A stretch of DNA of 52,815 nucleotides from Puniceicoccales bacterium (lineage in GTDB: Bacteria > Verrucomicrobiota > Verrucomicrobiia > Opitutales > LL51). Under the pieces are notes generated by a model. It was not told the DNA's origin. It saw only the letters and a list, made by a program, of their open reading frames with translations, and made no database searches. The stretch lies in contig JAIRRZ010000025.1 of the NCBI GenBank assembly GCA_031255715.1, positions 1-52,815 of the forward strand. Direction: 5' to 3'. Each line of letters starts with the position of its first letter. Positions within the stretch are counted from its first letter, which is position 1. Positions 1-11,286 of the stretch are shown piece after piece. A program made the translations under genes and the position numbers.

Positions 1-53
1 GCTACTAAAATGCCCCGCCTTGGTATCCCACCCGTGTTTGGGTTTGGGGGCCG

Positions 54-267
54 CCACCCGGGGCCCCGCGGGTGGGGTCGCACGACCGGGAGTCTGAGAC
101 CCCCGCCCGCGGCTTCGCCGCGGGCGGGGCTTTATTTAATTAAAAACAATTTTAATTAAAAAAATGACCATGCGGCCGAACCATGCGAAATTTCGCATGG
201 TTCGGCCGCGTACCGAGGTCAAGGAGTCCGGACTCCTTGCGGGAGTCCAGAGGGCAGAGCCCTCTGG
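54..267. repeat. GC-rich cluster of palindromes/hairpins (REP/MITE-like intergenic element)
   Basis: ccccgcccgcggc-ttc-gccgcgggcgggg (101-129); tttaattaaaa-acaa-ttttaattaaa (135-160); perfect 38-bp palindrome (172-209); perfect 20-bp palindrome caaggagtccggactccttg (220-239); ccagagggc-aga-gccctctgg (247-267). Related to 45518-45608. Confidence 0.85.
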
Positions 268-273
268 CGTAAA

Positions 274-1056
274 TCAAACACAGGAATAACTAACACCAGC
301 TGCATCATAGGGATCAATTACGGTAATATCAAATCTTTGAAAAATATCTTCACCAAAAAGTGTCTCTAAAAGTTTCGAATCATTGCAATCACGGCTTAAA
401 TGTGCTAAAAAAATTTTCTGCCAATTTGCATCCATCCCATGGACAATCAAATCAAATGCCGACTCATTCGACAAGTGACCATAACGGCCGCGAATTCGAT
501 TCTTGATTGCTGGCGGACGTTTTTCATTATTTTCTAACATAACATTATCATAATTTGCCTCTAGAATAAGAATATCCGATTTTTTCACGCGTTCGCAAAT
601 ATTTTGAGGCACATAACCGAGATCCGTCATCCAACACAAACTTTTTCCGCCATCCTTGCTCCGGAAAATGTAACCAACTGGTTCGACGGCATCGTGTGGA
701 ATTGAAAAAGTCTCGATTTCAAACCCTTGATAATGAATAATTTCACCTGTTATAAAATAATTCCAATAAAAAGATTTCCCAAATTTATTATCAATTGCCT
801 CCGCCGTAGCCCGGTTTGCAAAACATTGAAAATGTGTATATTTTGCTAATCCGCGAAAACCTTGCGAATGATCCAGGTGCTCATGTGTTACGAAAACTGC
901 TCCAATATCTTGAATCGTAACTCCAAATGTCGGTAAATACTTCACAATTTGCCGCCCTGTTAGACCGACATCGATCAAAAAATTCCCTACCGTCGACTTC
1001 ACAAGTAAACAATTACCTTGACTGCTGCTTCCTAAAAAATGGCAACTTATAATCAC
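274..1056 (-). CDS. MBL-fold metallo-hydrolase (YycJ/WalJ/PhnP-like)
   Basis: LGSSSQGN start, IDVG, THEHLDH metal motif, HDAVEP, TDLG, LEANYD, GHLSN, AHLS..CN. Confidence 0.9.
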   Translation of the reverse strand: MIISCHFLGSSSQGNCLLVKSTVGNFLIDVGLTGRQIVKYLPTFGVTIQDIGAVFVTHEHLDHSQGFRGLAKYTHFQCFANRATAEAIDNKFGKSFYWNYFITGEIIHYQGFEIETFSIPHDAVEPVGYIFRSKDGGKSLCWMTDLGYVPQNICERVKKSDILILEANYDNVMLENNEKRPPAIKNRIRGRYGHLSNESAFDLIVHGMDANWQKIFLAHLSRDCNDSKLLETLFGEDIFQRFDITVIDPYDAAGVSYSCV

Positions 1057-1358
1057 TCCTAAAGCTATAAAAGTCGATAAAATAAATCAATCAAATTTCA
1101 TTAATACCGTCCGACAATTTTTAGCAATTGCCCTCCAATCGATCATTTCATCAAAACAATTTTTCTGCTTTTCGACTTTGAGGTCGCACCTATGGAACTA
1201 TGTGTATTTCACCATATGGTTGTCGCATAGTTTTTTTCAAAACATCCCTGGAAATAGATTCCCTAGCGAAAATTTTAAGTCATTCTTAGCTTATGGTCTC
1301 TAAATTTCGAAAAGCTTGACACCTTTCAAGCAATAAAAAGAATGGTAGGAGAATAAAA

Positions 1359-1493
1359 ATGAAAGATAAAACAATAATACGAAAAGCTACTAGGGTTAAA
1401 AAAATATTAAAAGGCATTGCACTCGGAAGTCTTTTATGGAGCGTAGCCAGTACAATTTATGCAGGAAGTGTTTCCATTTGGTTGGCACAATAA
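1359..1493 (+). CDS. Small 44-aa protein resembling a Sec signal peptide or single TM helix (possible gene remnant)
   Basis: Hand translation MKDKTIIRKATRVKKILKGIALGSLLWSVASTIYAGSVSIWLAQ*; AGGAG RBS at 1347-1351; TTGACA at 1316-1321. Confidence 0.5.
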   Translation: MKDKTIIRKATRVKKILKGIALGSLLWSVASTIYAGSVSIWLAQ

Positions 1494-1521
1494 ATTTGAA
1501 GAAAAAAAAGAATGTACAGTT

Positions 1522-1932
1522 TTATTTTTGCAATTTTTTATTCAGTTCAGCCCGAATTTTGACTTCCAATTGTTCCAATTCATTTTGCTGTAAGTTGCCT
1601 TGGTTAATCGTTGCTTTTAAAGCCTCTTGAGCCAGAGCCTTTGCATTTTCTACCGTCGCTGCCGTTTGTAATCCGTGGATATTAATCGCCTCTTCAACTA
1701 CTAAAATGGCTCGATTATTCTCTAACTTCAAAATGCCCGATGAAGTTGCTATCGTTTCAACCTTGCCATCTGAAAACTTCAGACGCGTACTTCCGACATC
1801 TAGTAGCACAATGAGCGGCCGATGCTCCGGTAAGATTTCCATTTCCCCCATTACGGAATCAACCACCAAAGATGCAACTTCTTGGGAACAAATTACCTGG
1901 CTTGGCGTCATAATTTCAACAAAAAGTGCCAT
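1522..1932 (-). CDS. atpC: F1Fo ATP synthase epsilon subunit
   Basis: VEIMTP...GEMEILPEHRPLI motif; follows atpD; start reassigned to MALFVEIM. Confidence 0.93.
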   Translation of the reverse strand: MALFVEIMTPSQVICSQEVASLVVDSVMGEMEILPEHRPLIVLLDVGSTRLKFSDGKVETIATSSGILKLENNRAILVVEEAINIHGLQTAATVENAKALAQEALKATINQGNLQQNELEQLEVKIRAELNKKLQK

Positions 1933-1933
1933 A

Positions 1934-3346
<1,413 letters not shown>

Positions 3347-4225
3347 TTAGTCATTTTTCGTCGCTGAAGCAGCGAGCTCCATAATTTCATTCGTAATCGC
3401 ATACTGGCGCACCTTATTGTATTCCAATTTTAACTCCTGGGAAAGCGATTCCGCATTATCCATTGCATTTTTCATCGCTACCATTCGTGCACTATGCTCC
3501 GATGCTTTTGCCTCCAATAGTACCTGGTGCAAGTTGTATTTGAGAAAAATTTTGGCTATGTGGTCAATAATTTGCCCAACATCTGGCTCAAAAAGCAATC
3601 CTCTGATATCCCGCTGAAAGCATCCCAATTCGAGATTTGCCAATTTCAACATTTGATTAAAAACATCGTGAAACCCTTCCATGGGCAACATTCTCTGCAA
3701 GGAAGGCGCATAGGTTAAAGTATTTACAAATTTTTGGTATAAAACTTCAACGCTATCGATTTCTCCATTCAAATACAACTGGGAAATAAAGTCGCAAATT
3801 CCTAAAACTTCGTGGTATTGAACCCGATCATTGATCGAAAAATTGGCTAATAATGAGTGCTTAGCGCGGCTTAGAAATTGCATTGCCTTACGTCCCACCG
3901 ATATGAAATAATTTTTCCCATCGGGAATGGACTTGAAAAGTGCGTTATTCAATACGCCACATAATCCCTTATCCGTTCCAATAACGATAATACAACGCTT
4001 CCCCATCTCACGAGGAATAAAAAAAGGATGTTTATTTTTTTGAATCTTTTTCTCTGAAAGGCAACAAATAATCTCCGATAAATGCAATAAATAGGGACGA
4101 CTTCCGATCGCAAAATCTTGGGCTCGTTTCATTTTTGATGCCGCAACAAGCTGCATCGCCTGTGCGATCTTCGATACGCTATCGACTGCCCGAATCCGAT
4201 TTTTAACTTCTTTGAGCCCTTTCAT
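3347..4225 (-). CDS. atpG: F1Fo ATP synthase gamma subunit
   Basis: KIAQAMQLVAASKM, TDKGLCG, ASEHSARMVAMKNA, RQYAITNEI. Confidence 0.97.
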   Translation of the reverse strand: MKGLKEVKNRIRAVDSVSKIAQAMQLVAASKMKRAQDFAIGSRPYLLHLSEIICCLSEKKIQKNKHPFFIPREMGKRCIIVIGTDKGLCGVLNNALFKSIPDGKNYFISVGRKAMQFLSRAKHSLLANFSINDRVQYHEVLGICDFISQLYLNGEIDSVEVLYQKFVNTLTYAPSLQRMLPMEGFHDVFNQMLKLANLELGCFQRDIRGLLFEPDVGQIIDHIAKIFLKYNLHQVLLEAKASEHSARMVAMKNAMDNAESLSQELKLEYNKVRQYAITNEIMELAASATKND

Positions 4226-4263
4226 ACGCTATACATTCTTCGCCTATCTCTATGATGTAAAAA

Positions 4264-6576
4264 TTACAACGCCTGAGTCAATTCCGATTCCTTTAATTTT
4301 TCAATGGCAGATTTGGGGCCAATTAAAATTAAAATATCATTCTTTTCCAAAGCTATTAGTGGATCTGGAGCAGTAATTTTTTCCCCTCGACGTTGAATGC
4401 CTACAATATTTACTCCAAAGCGACTACGGATGTTTGTTTCGGCAATTGTATTACCTAAAAATGCACTCGTTGACGTAATGCAGTAATGATCGATGGCAAA
4501 TTCCATGCGATTGGCTCGAATGGCTTCAGTTATTTCTTCACTCAAAAATTTTGTTGCAGCTTCGATTTGCTCCGCTTCGCCGATAAGTAATAAATGGTCA
4601 TCGGGAAATAAAACGGCATCCGGTGAAGGCGAATAACAGGTATAACCGCCACGCGAAACGGCCGCAATCGTTGTGCCAGTCTTTTCTCGAATCTGTAATC
4701 CAGAAATTTTCTTGCCCACATATATACTATTCTTTTGTAAACGATAATTTTTAATTTGCACGGACCAGGGATATTTTTCCTTTGCTTTTTGCAAAATCGC
4801 ATTGCGATATTCATCCTCTTTTTCCTGGACTTCGGCAATAAATGTTTCTCGAAACATCCGCTCAAAACGATTGTTTGATTTCAGTAAATCACGCCAAAAA
4901 AATATCCCCTGCAATCCCGATAGAATAACAAAAACCGTTAACGGGTAGCCTGTGGGAATGTAATTCGAAGAAACGGAAACAAAAATAATTCCGAAAAATA
5001 GCAAAAAAATCCCCAAAACAACATGGCGCATTACCCGAATGCTACGATTATCTTGCTTGTTAGCGTGATCGATAGAAATAAAAATTTTATCCAAAACAAG
5101 ACTAATAATGGCATCAACATTCCGCACCACACCTGCAAAAATAGGCATAATAATAAAAGCGGCAGTCCCCCATACCGCAATTAGTGACAATATGTCATGG
5201 TCCTTTGTAAAGGAAAATGTATCACTGCAAACTAAATTCGATAGATAGGACGACAATCCCATCAGACCTACAACGAGCAAAAAATACCAAATTAGTCGCA
5301 ATAAAAATCCCTTTGCTTCTCGCAGAAGCGTCATTTTTTCTACCTCCATCCTAGCGACTTGGAGGAAATTTAAATAAAACTGACTCATATTAAGAATCGC
5401 TTTGGGAGCAATCCGCGACAATGTTCTATAAAGTGGTTCAATGTATTTTCGTAGAAGCGAACCCAAAACAATTTTAAAAACTGAAACCCCAACTGCTAGC
5501 GTCATCAGTGAAGGATTTGTCACACCCAACGAATTGCCCAACGCAGCTATGACAAAACTAAATTCACCAATCTGCGCCTTGTAAATCGCAGCATAAAATG
5601 AAGTCTTCGATTCTTCTCCAGAAAGAAATAATCCAAACCAACAGACAAAAATTTGCGCCACCGTTACCACTAAACTAATGATCACAATTGCTAGCCAGTG
5701 TTCAGAAATTTTCATAGGATCAATTAATGTTCCAATCGTGACGAAAAAGACTGCACAAAAAATATTTCGCAGCGGTTCCGTTACTTCATTAATCTTGTGA
5801 GCAATGACCGATTGGGACAGAACCGATCCTGCTAAAAATGCACCCAACTCCGCTGAAAAATGCATCCAATCTGCAATTTCTCCCAAAAAGAGCGCAAAGC
5901 CAACGGCAACAAGAACTAGTAATTCCACGGATCCCATTTTTTGTAGCCAGAAAGTAATCTTTGCTCCGAAAAATCGCCCAAGCACAAAAACCATAACAAC
6001 AAAAACACCTACCAAAAATGTTACTTGCCAAACCTCCTTCCACTCGAAAAATCCACTCGCTGAAATACCGGAAAGAACGATGAGAAGCAGTATCGCCACA
6101 AAATCCTCCAGTACCAAAACACCAATCGCCAACTGTGCAAAATGCGTATTGAGGGCATTTTGTTCCTTCAATACGGGAATCGTCATCATCGTCGAGCTGA
6201 TTGCCATGAGTGCGCCAAGAAATAATCCATTTAATCCGGACCAGCCTAAAAACTTCGCTGATAAAATTCCCACAAACATCATGACAATCGTTTGAACAAT
6301 AACCACCAATAGCGATGGACCCAACGTTCGCCGTAACTTATCGAGATCAAATTCTAACCCGATGTAAAACATCAAAAAAATTACCCCTAAATCACCAAAC
6401 TGTTGCAAAATTTCATAGCTTTGTATATATTCTGAGAGAAATGAATGGGGGCCAATAATCAGACCACTCAAAATGTACCCCAACAATAACGGCAATCGCA
6501 AGAAATAAAAAATAAAACCTGCCACCCCTGCCGCACCAATTAAAATTGCAAAATCACGAATGAGACCGCCTTCCAT
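4264..6576 (-). CDS. CPA2-family cation:proton antiporter with two C-terminal RCK_C (TrkA-C) domains
   Basis: GVIFLMFYIGLEF, ISST, GVLVLEDF, GAFLAG, AQIGEFSFVI; two IREKTG/IRSRFG-type RCK_C repeats. Confidence 0.9.
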   Translation of the reverse strand: MEGGLIRDFAILIGAAGVAGFIFYFLRLPLLLGYILSGLIIGPHSFLSEYIQSYEILQQFGDLGVIFLMFYIGLEFDLDKLRRTLGPSLLVVIVQTIVMMFVGILSAKFLGWSGLNGLFLGALMAISSTMMTIPVLKEQNALNTHFAQLAIGVLVLEDFVAILLLIVLSGISASGFFEWKEVWQVTFLVGVFVVMVFVLGRFFGAKITFWLQKMGSVELLVLVAVGFALFLGEIADWMHFSAELGAFLAGSVLSQSVIAHKINEVTEPLRNIFCAVFFVTIGTLIDPMKISEHWLAIVIISLVVTVAQIFVCWFGLFLSGEESKTSFYAAIYKAQIGEFSFVIAALGNSLGVTNPSLMTLAVGVSVFKIVLGSLLRKYIEPLYRTLSRIAPKAILNMSQFYLNFLQVARMEVEKMTLLREAKGFLLRLIWYFLLVVGLMGLSSYLSNLVCSDTFSFTKDHDILSLIAVWGTAAFIIMPIFAGVVRNVDAIISLVLDKIFISIDHANKQDNRSIRVMRHVVLGIFLLFFGIIFVSVSSNYIPTGYPLTVFVILSGLQGIFFWRDLLKSNNRFERMFRETFIAEVQEKEDEYRNAILQKAKEKYPWSVQIKNYRLQKNSIYVGKKISGLQIREKTGTTIAAVSRGGYTCYSPSPDAVLFPDDHLLLIGEAEQIEAATKFLSEEITEAIRANRMEFAIDHYCITSTSAFLGNTIAETNIRSRFGVNIVGIQRRGEKITAPDPLIALEKNDILILIGPKSAIEKLKESELTQAL

Positions 6577-6753
6577 AAATCGCTATATTAACGTCTCTAG
6601 TTAAATCGTAAATAAAAGAAATTTCAAGATATAATTTTTATAGTTTAGAGGACTTTATTCCTTGGATTCTGATTTTTTCGCCCGCGGTGGCAGTCGCAAT
6701 CTAAGTCTAGGGAATAATATCCTCTGGAAAAAATTTTAAAGGTGGCGCAACCC

Positions 6754-8124
6754 TTAGACCAATTTGTTTCGCATCCATTGACCACTGCGATAGCGATGGA
6801 TAAAAAGCAGAAGACGTACAATTACATCCAGAAGCATAAATTGCCAAAACAAAATTGACTTGCCGCCATAGTATACGATACCTATATAAACCGGCAGCAC
6901 TGCCAATGTGGAAAAGCAAACCATATTCACTAGCATCACATATTTCGTGTCCCCGGAAGCTATTAAAACGCTCATCAAATTGAAGAAAAGGTAATCAAAA
7001 GCAAACATTCCCCAGGCCCAAATTAACATCTGATCCGCAACAAAATACGCAGCATTATTTTGGCCGCCTTTAAGAAATATTCCAATAAGTGAATCCGAAA
7101 ACAGAAACATACCTACAGCCGATAGTCCCAAGAAAATACCTCCCAGTTTTAACCAAGAATGGATATTTTTTCCCACTACAAAAAATTCCTCCGCTCCTAT
7201 GGCATTCGAACAAATGGTCCGCGTCCCGACTCCAGTACCTTCAATGGCGAAGAAAAACATCATATAAATGGAATGAACAATGCCATACCCCTGAAAATCT
7301 TCGGACGTCACATGTTGGACAATAACCTGAGTTATTCCTGCCCAAAAAATAGAATTGATGAAACGATTGAACGTCATCGGACTACCTACTTTCAAGCAAT
7401 TCTTCAATAAATCAAAATTAAAGGCCATTTTCCATGTACCATAAAGCTCTCGATTGTTCTTTCGTAAAAATAACACAAAAAGCAGAAATGCAGGTAAAAA
7501 TTGCGAAATAACCGTAGCAATCGCCGCTCCAATAATTCCACTTTCTGGAATAATTTGTACCTCTCCGACCTTTAGACCAAAAATAAAAAAATAATCCAAA
7601 GTCCCATTTAAGATATTGGAAATAACGGCAACAATTGAAATAATTTTTGTTTGACCGCGTCCTACAAAAAATGCAGTCAATGCCCCACAACCGATACAAT
7701 GAATCGGAATAAATAGAGTAATGATTTTTAAATAAGGTACTCCCAATGCTGCAATATTGTCCGCTATTAAACTAGGCACCACAAATTGAGCCAAAGGAAG
7801 ATAAATAACTAATAAACCAAGACAGAACCAAATCATTTGCCAAATGATAGCTCCTATTTCTTGGTAACGCTGCGCTCCGTTGTATTGGCCGACAAATACC
7901 TCGGCAATAAGAATAAATTCCAGTGCCGTACACGAAAACGCCCAATACCATTGAATAACTCCAAAACAAGCATTAAACGCCTCTGTGGAATAGCGCCCCA
8001 AAATAATACGATCGACGACAACCATCAGGCACCCTGCCGCCGAAGAAAGCATAATAGGCCAGGATAAAGTAAATAACTCTCCTATGCTACCAAACTCATA
8101 TTTCGTTAATTTAGTTTTATTCAT
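6754..8124 (-). CDS. MATE-family efflux transporter
   Basis: About 12 TM; LSWPI, DRIILG, VGQYNGA, GRGQTK, GIIGAAIATVISQ, SGDTK. Confidence 0.9.
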   Translation of the reverse strand: MNKTKLTKYEFGSIGELFTLSWPIMLSSAAGCLMVVVDRIILGRYSTEAFNACFGVIQWYWAFSCTALEFILIAEVFVGQYNGAQRYQEIGAIIWQMIWFCLGLLVIYLPLAQFVVPSLIADNIAALGVPYLKIITLFIPIHCIGCGALTAFFVGRGQTKIISIVAVISNILNGTLDYFFIFGLKVGEVQIIPESGIIGAAIATVISQFLPAFLLFVLFLRKNNRELYGTWKMAFNFDLLKNCLKVGSPMTFNRFINSIFWAGITQVIVQHVTSEDFQGYGIVHSIYMMFFFAIEGTGVGTRTICSNAIGAEEFFVVGKNIHSWLKLGGIFLGLSAVGMFLFSDSLIGIFLKGGQNNAAYFVADQMLIWAWGMFAFDYLFFNLMSVLIASGDTKYVMLVNMVCFSTLAVLPVYIGIVYYGGKSILFWQFMLLDVIVRLLLFIHRYRSGQWMRNKLV

Positions 8125-8303
8125 AGATTCTTCACGGCTGTTTAATTACTCCTTTTGTTTTAGCAGCCGCTTGGAAAAAAGTGTATACTCCTTTCCTTAT
8201 ACTATTTATATTACTAAAAATGCTCTATAAATCAACTACGATTTTTAAATCCATTGAATATAAATAAAAAGTCGAGTTTAATTTTCAAAATTTCATTCTA
8301 TTT

Positions 8304-9908
8304 TTAGGAGAACTTTTTTCCTAATTTTAAGCGATGAATTTTGGCATTATGCCTAGGATCCACCGGGAATTTTCGGCAAAAGAAAAAATGAGTAATAGGA
8401 GCAGTTTTCGGGAATTTTTGTGCCAAATTTTTTAATTCACGACGGAATAGCCATTTTTGCCAAAAGAAAAAGGGATATTGTCCCTTCTTCGGTAAAATGG
8501 CAATCGCTGGCAAAACGGTGCCGCGTCTGATTAACGGAATAAGAGCTGCACGTTCAACGGAAGGATGCTTATGAAATAATGGTTCAATGCAGTCCGGATA
8601 ATAGGTTTCGCCGTTCCGCGCAACGACCCGTTCTATTTTCCTACCACAGAACCAAATTCGGCCCTTTTGATCGAAAAATCCTAAATCTCCGGTACGATGC
8701 CACACCTTCCCCTCGTGATAAATCTTGGAAAGGATGGTTTGCTCAGGCAACTGGTCATAAAGTTCTGTAACATTATCACCCGTAACAACGATTTCACCAA
8801 TATACCCCAATGATAGAGAATTTTTATCATCGATGGTCGACACAATACCGTCCTCTGGCTGAATGATTTTGACTTCGATGCCATCGATGGGTATTCCGAT
8901 ACAAGTTCCTGCGCCGTTTTCCTGAAGTGGTTGGATTTCGTCTAAAATTTCATCGGCGGAAACCGAACAAACGGGTAAGCATTCTGTCGCTCCATAGGGC
9001 GTGAAGATCTTAGCATTGGGAGCAACATTTCGAATTTTTTCCAAGACGTGGGTTGTTGCCGATACACCGGCAAGGAAAATTTGTTCCAAACTGCGAATTT
9101 TTATTTCATACTTGGAACAATATTCGGAAATTTTATCCCAAAGCATCGGAGATGCAAAACTGCTCGTTGCACAATTATTAACAATTGTTTCAATGATACT
9201 GGGTAAATGTAATTTTGATGGATGTGAAAAATCCATATCCGGAATAATGAGTGTTCGTCCAAACATCGGATTGAAAAACATAAAGACCGGCAGTAGCGTC
9301 ACATCACGGGCATAGGGCAATAATTTATAAGTTAAACGCAATTTATTCAACTGAGCTGCAAAATTACGGTACTTATAGACAACACCCTTAGCCATTCCCG
9401 TCGATCCAGACGTAAAAAAAATAGCCACCCTATCTTCCGGATCAGTATTTTGCAGGATATTACTAGCCATTTGGTTTTTTGCAAAAGGACGCTGAACAAC
9501 GATAACTTTCCCTTGAATATTAAAAATATTACAAGAAATTAGCCATCCAACCCAACGGAGACAAACAATAAAATCCGGTTTCGAAAAATTGGCTAGACGA
9601 ATGAATGCTCTAAAACCCATACCTGAATCAATGAGAATGGGAATGGCCCCCATCCGGATGAGGGCGAAAAAAGTACATACCATTTCAACACTCGGCGAAA
9701 GTAACATTAGAACACGAGCCCCTTTTCGGACGCCTTTTTGCAAAAATTTCGCAACATATTGATCAATGCGTAAATCGAGCTCTTCGTAGCTCAAACATCG
9801 TCGAATTACCGCTCTTTTACCGCGTATTCGCTTCATCTCGACGATCGCATCTACCGTCGGTATAGTGGCTGCATATTGTTTGATGCTCTTTGTTAGATTG
9901 TCACCCAT
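8304..9908 (-). CDS. oleC: AMP-dependent ligase, OleC (olefin beta-lactone synthetase)-like
   Basis: FTSGSTG..KGV, TPYGATECLPV, GAGTCIG, WHRTGDLG, GRIWFCGRK..RV, C-terminal FPVDPRHNAKIHR characteristic of OleC. Confidence 0.75.
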   Translation of the reverse strand: MGDNLTKSIKQYAATIPTVDAIVEMKRIRGKRAVIRRCLSYEELDLRIDQYVAKFLQKGVRKGARVLMLLSPSVEMVCTFFALIRMGAIPILIDSGMGFRAFIRLANFSKPDFIVCLRWVGWLISCNIFNIQGKVIVVQRPFAKNQMASNILQNTDPEDRVAIFFTSGSTGMAKGVVYKYRNFAAQLNKLRLTYKLLPYARDVTLLPVFMFFNPMFGRTLIIPDMDFSHPSKLHLPSIIETIVNNCATSSFASPMLWDKISEYCSKYEIKIRSLEQIFLAGVSATTHVLEKIRNVAPNAKIFTPYGATECLPVCSVSADEILDEIQPLQENGAGTCIGIPIDGIEVKIIQPEDGIVSTIDDKNSLSLGYIGEIVVTGDNVTELYDQLPEQTILSKIYHEGKVWHRTGDLGFFDQKGRIWFCGRKIERVVARNGETYYPDCIEPLFHKHPSVERAALIPLIRRGTVLPAIAILPKKGQYPFFFWQKWLFRRELKNLAQKFPKTAPITHFFFCRKFPVDPRHNAKIHRLKLGKKFS

Positions 9909-9928
9909 AAGAAAAATTTTACCACCGT

Positions 9929-11206
9929 CTATGCATCGGAATGATTATGATTCGGTGTAGAATTTCGAAGAGCGATTTCTCTTTCGAATAAGGTAGGATG
10001 AGAATAATGAAAAGCACTAAAAGCTGGATGAGGTGTAAGGTTGGAAAGATTTTTTGTGTGTAATTTACGTAAACTAGAAATAAGAGATTCCGTTTGCCCC
10101 AGCACATCCGCAGCAAAGTGGTCCGCTTGATACTCGTGCTTACGCGAAAGATAATTGAAAAAAGGATTAATCCAAAATGTGACACTAGAAATCACAATTG
10201 AAAATATAAGAATTAGTGGCACCAACGGATATTCCGTTTGAAATCCGAAACTTTCCAAAAACCAAGAACTGGAAGACAAGTAATACAAAATCCCAAACCC
10301 GATGAAACTTCCCACACCTTCGACAATCAGATTTGTGCGAATATGTTGCTGTTTACAATGGCCGATTTCATGGGAAAGTACGGCGGCAATTTCCTCTGTA
10401 TTCATCTGCTCAATGAGCGTATCGTAGAGCACAATGTGACGAAACTTCCCCAAACCTATGAAAAATGCATTGGAATGGGCCGAACGTTTACTGCCGTCCA
10501 TGGTAAAAATTTCACTAATGGGGAATTGAGTCAATTGGGTAAGATTGAGAAGGCGTTTCTTAAGTTCGCCGTCGGGAAGCGGTGTTAATTTATTGAATAA
10601 TGGTAAAATAAATACTGGATAAATAATGATCATGGTAACCTGGAAAACGAAAAAAATAGCCCAAGCCCAAACCCACCATGACCGCGGAAAGCTTTGAAAA
10701 AACCACGCAATAACGTAGAAAATAGGAAAACCAAAAATGAAACAAAGCAAATATTCTTTAGCCTTATCGGTCCAAAAAATAGCCTGAGTGGAACGATTAA
10801 ATCCGAAAAAATCTTCCAAACGAAATTGACGCCACCAGCTAAAGGGAATTCCCAAAAGGGAAAACAGAAAATTAATCAGAAAAAATGAAGCCACCTGACC
10901 AATGGTTTGGGTTCCAAAAAATTTAGCGCTTGCACTAACGAGACAGGGCATCAAACCGCTTAATATAACAAAACCGTCAAAAACAAAACTCCAAATTGCG
11001 CATAGAGAAGAAAAATTTGTTTTAGTGAGCGTATAATCGATACTTTTCTGATAAGTCGGAAGATCGACAAACGATTCAAAACCATAGGGAATTTCATTGC
11101 GACGAAGCAAATTATGATGAATATTAGCAAAATTCAAAAGACGCTCCACTAACAATTTCAGAGATAAAAGGGCAATAACAGAAACCGTGACCTGATTGAT
11201 CAACAT
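9929..11206 (-). CDS. M48A (Ste24-like) zinc metallopeptidase
   Basis: Multiple TMs, DGSKRSAHSNAFF, IVLYDTL, HEIGH zinc motif, SRKHEYQAD, YSHP; start placed at MLINQ (TTGACG 35 nt upstream). Confidence 0.92.
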   Translation of the reverse strand: MLINQVTVSVIALLSLKLLVERLLNFANIHHNLLRRNEIPYGFESFVDLPTYQKSIDYTLTKTNFSSLCAIWSFVFDGFVILSGLMPCLVSASAKFFGTQTIGQVASFFLINFLFSLLGIPFSWWRQFRLEDFFGFNRSTQAIFWTDKAKEYLLCFIFGFPIFYVIAWFFQSFPRSWWVWAWAIFFVFQVTMIIIYPVFILPLFNKLTPLPDGELKKRLLNLTQLTQFPISEIFTMDGSKRSAHSNAFFIGLGKFRHIVLYDTLIEQMNTEEIAAVLSHEIGHCKQQHIRTNLIVEGVGSFIGFGILYYLSSSSWFLESFGFQTEYPLVPLILIFSIVISSVTFWINPFFNYLSRKHEYQADHFAADVLGQTESLISSLRKLHTKNLSNLTPHPAFSAFHYSHPTLFEREIALRNSTPNHNHSDA

Positions 11207-11265
11207 ATTTTTTAATATTCTAAAAAATTGAAATTCGTCAACGCAATTCAATGGCACAGGTAATA

Positions 11266-11286
11266 TTTCGCAAAAATATTGCGAAA
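11266..11286 (-). terminator. Short hairpin after the 11287-12150 gene
   Basis: tttcgcaa-aaata-ttgcgaaa immediately after the stop codon. Confidence 0.45.

Noticed and set aside
54-267. Palindromes considered as a CRISPR array
   Set aside because: No identical direct repeats with regular unique spacers, and no cas genes
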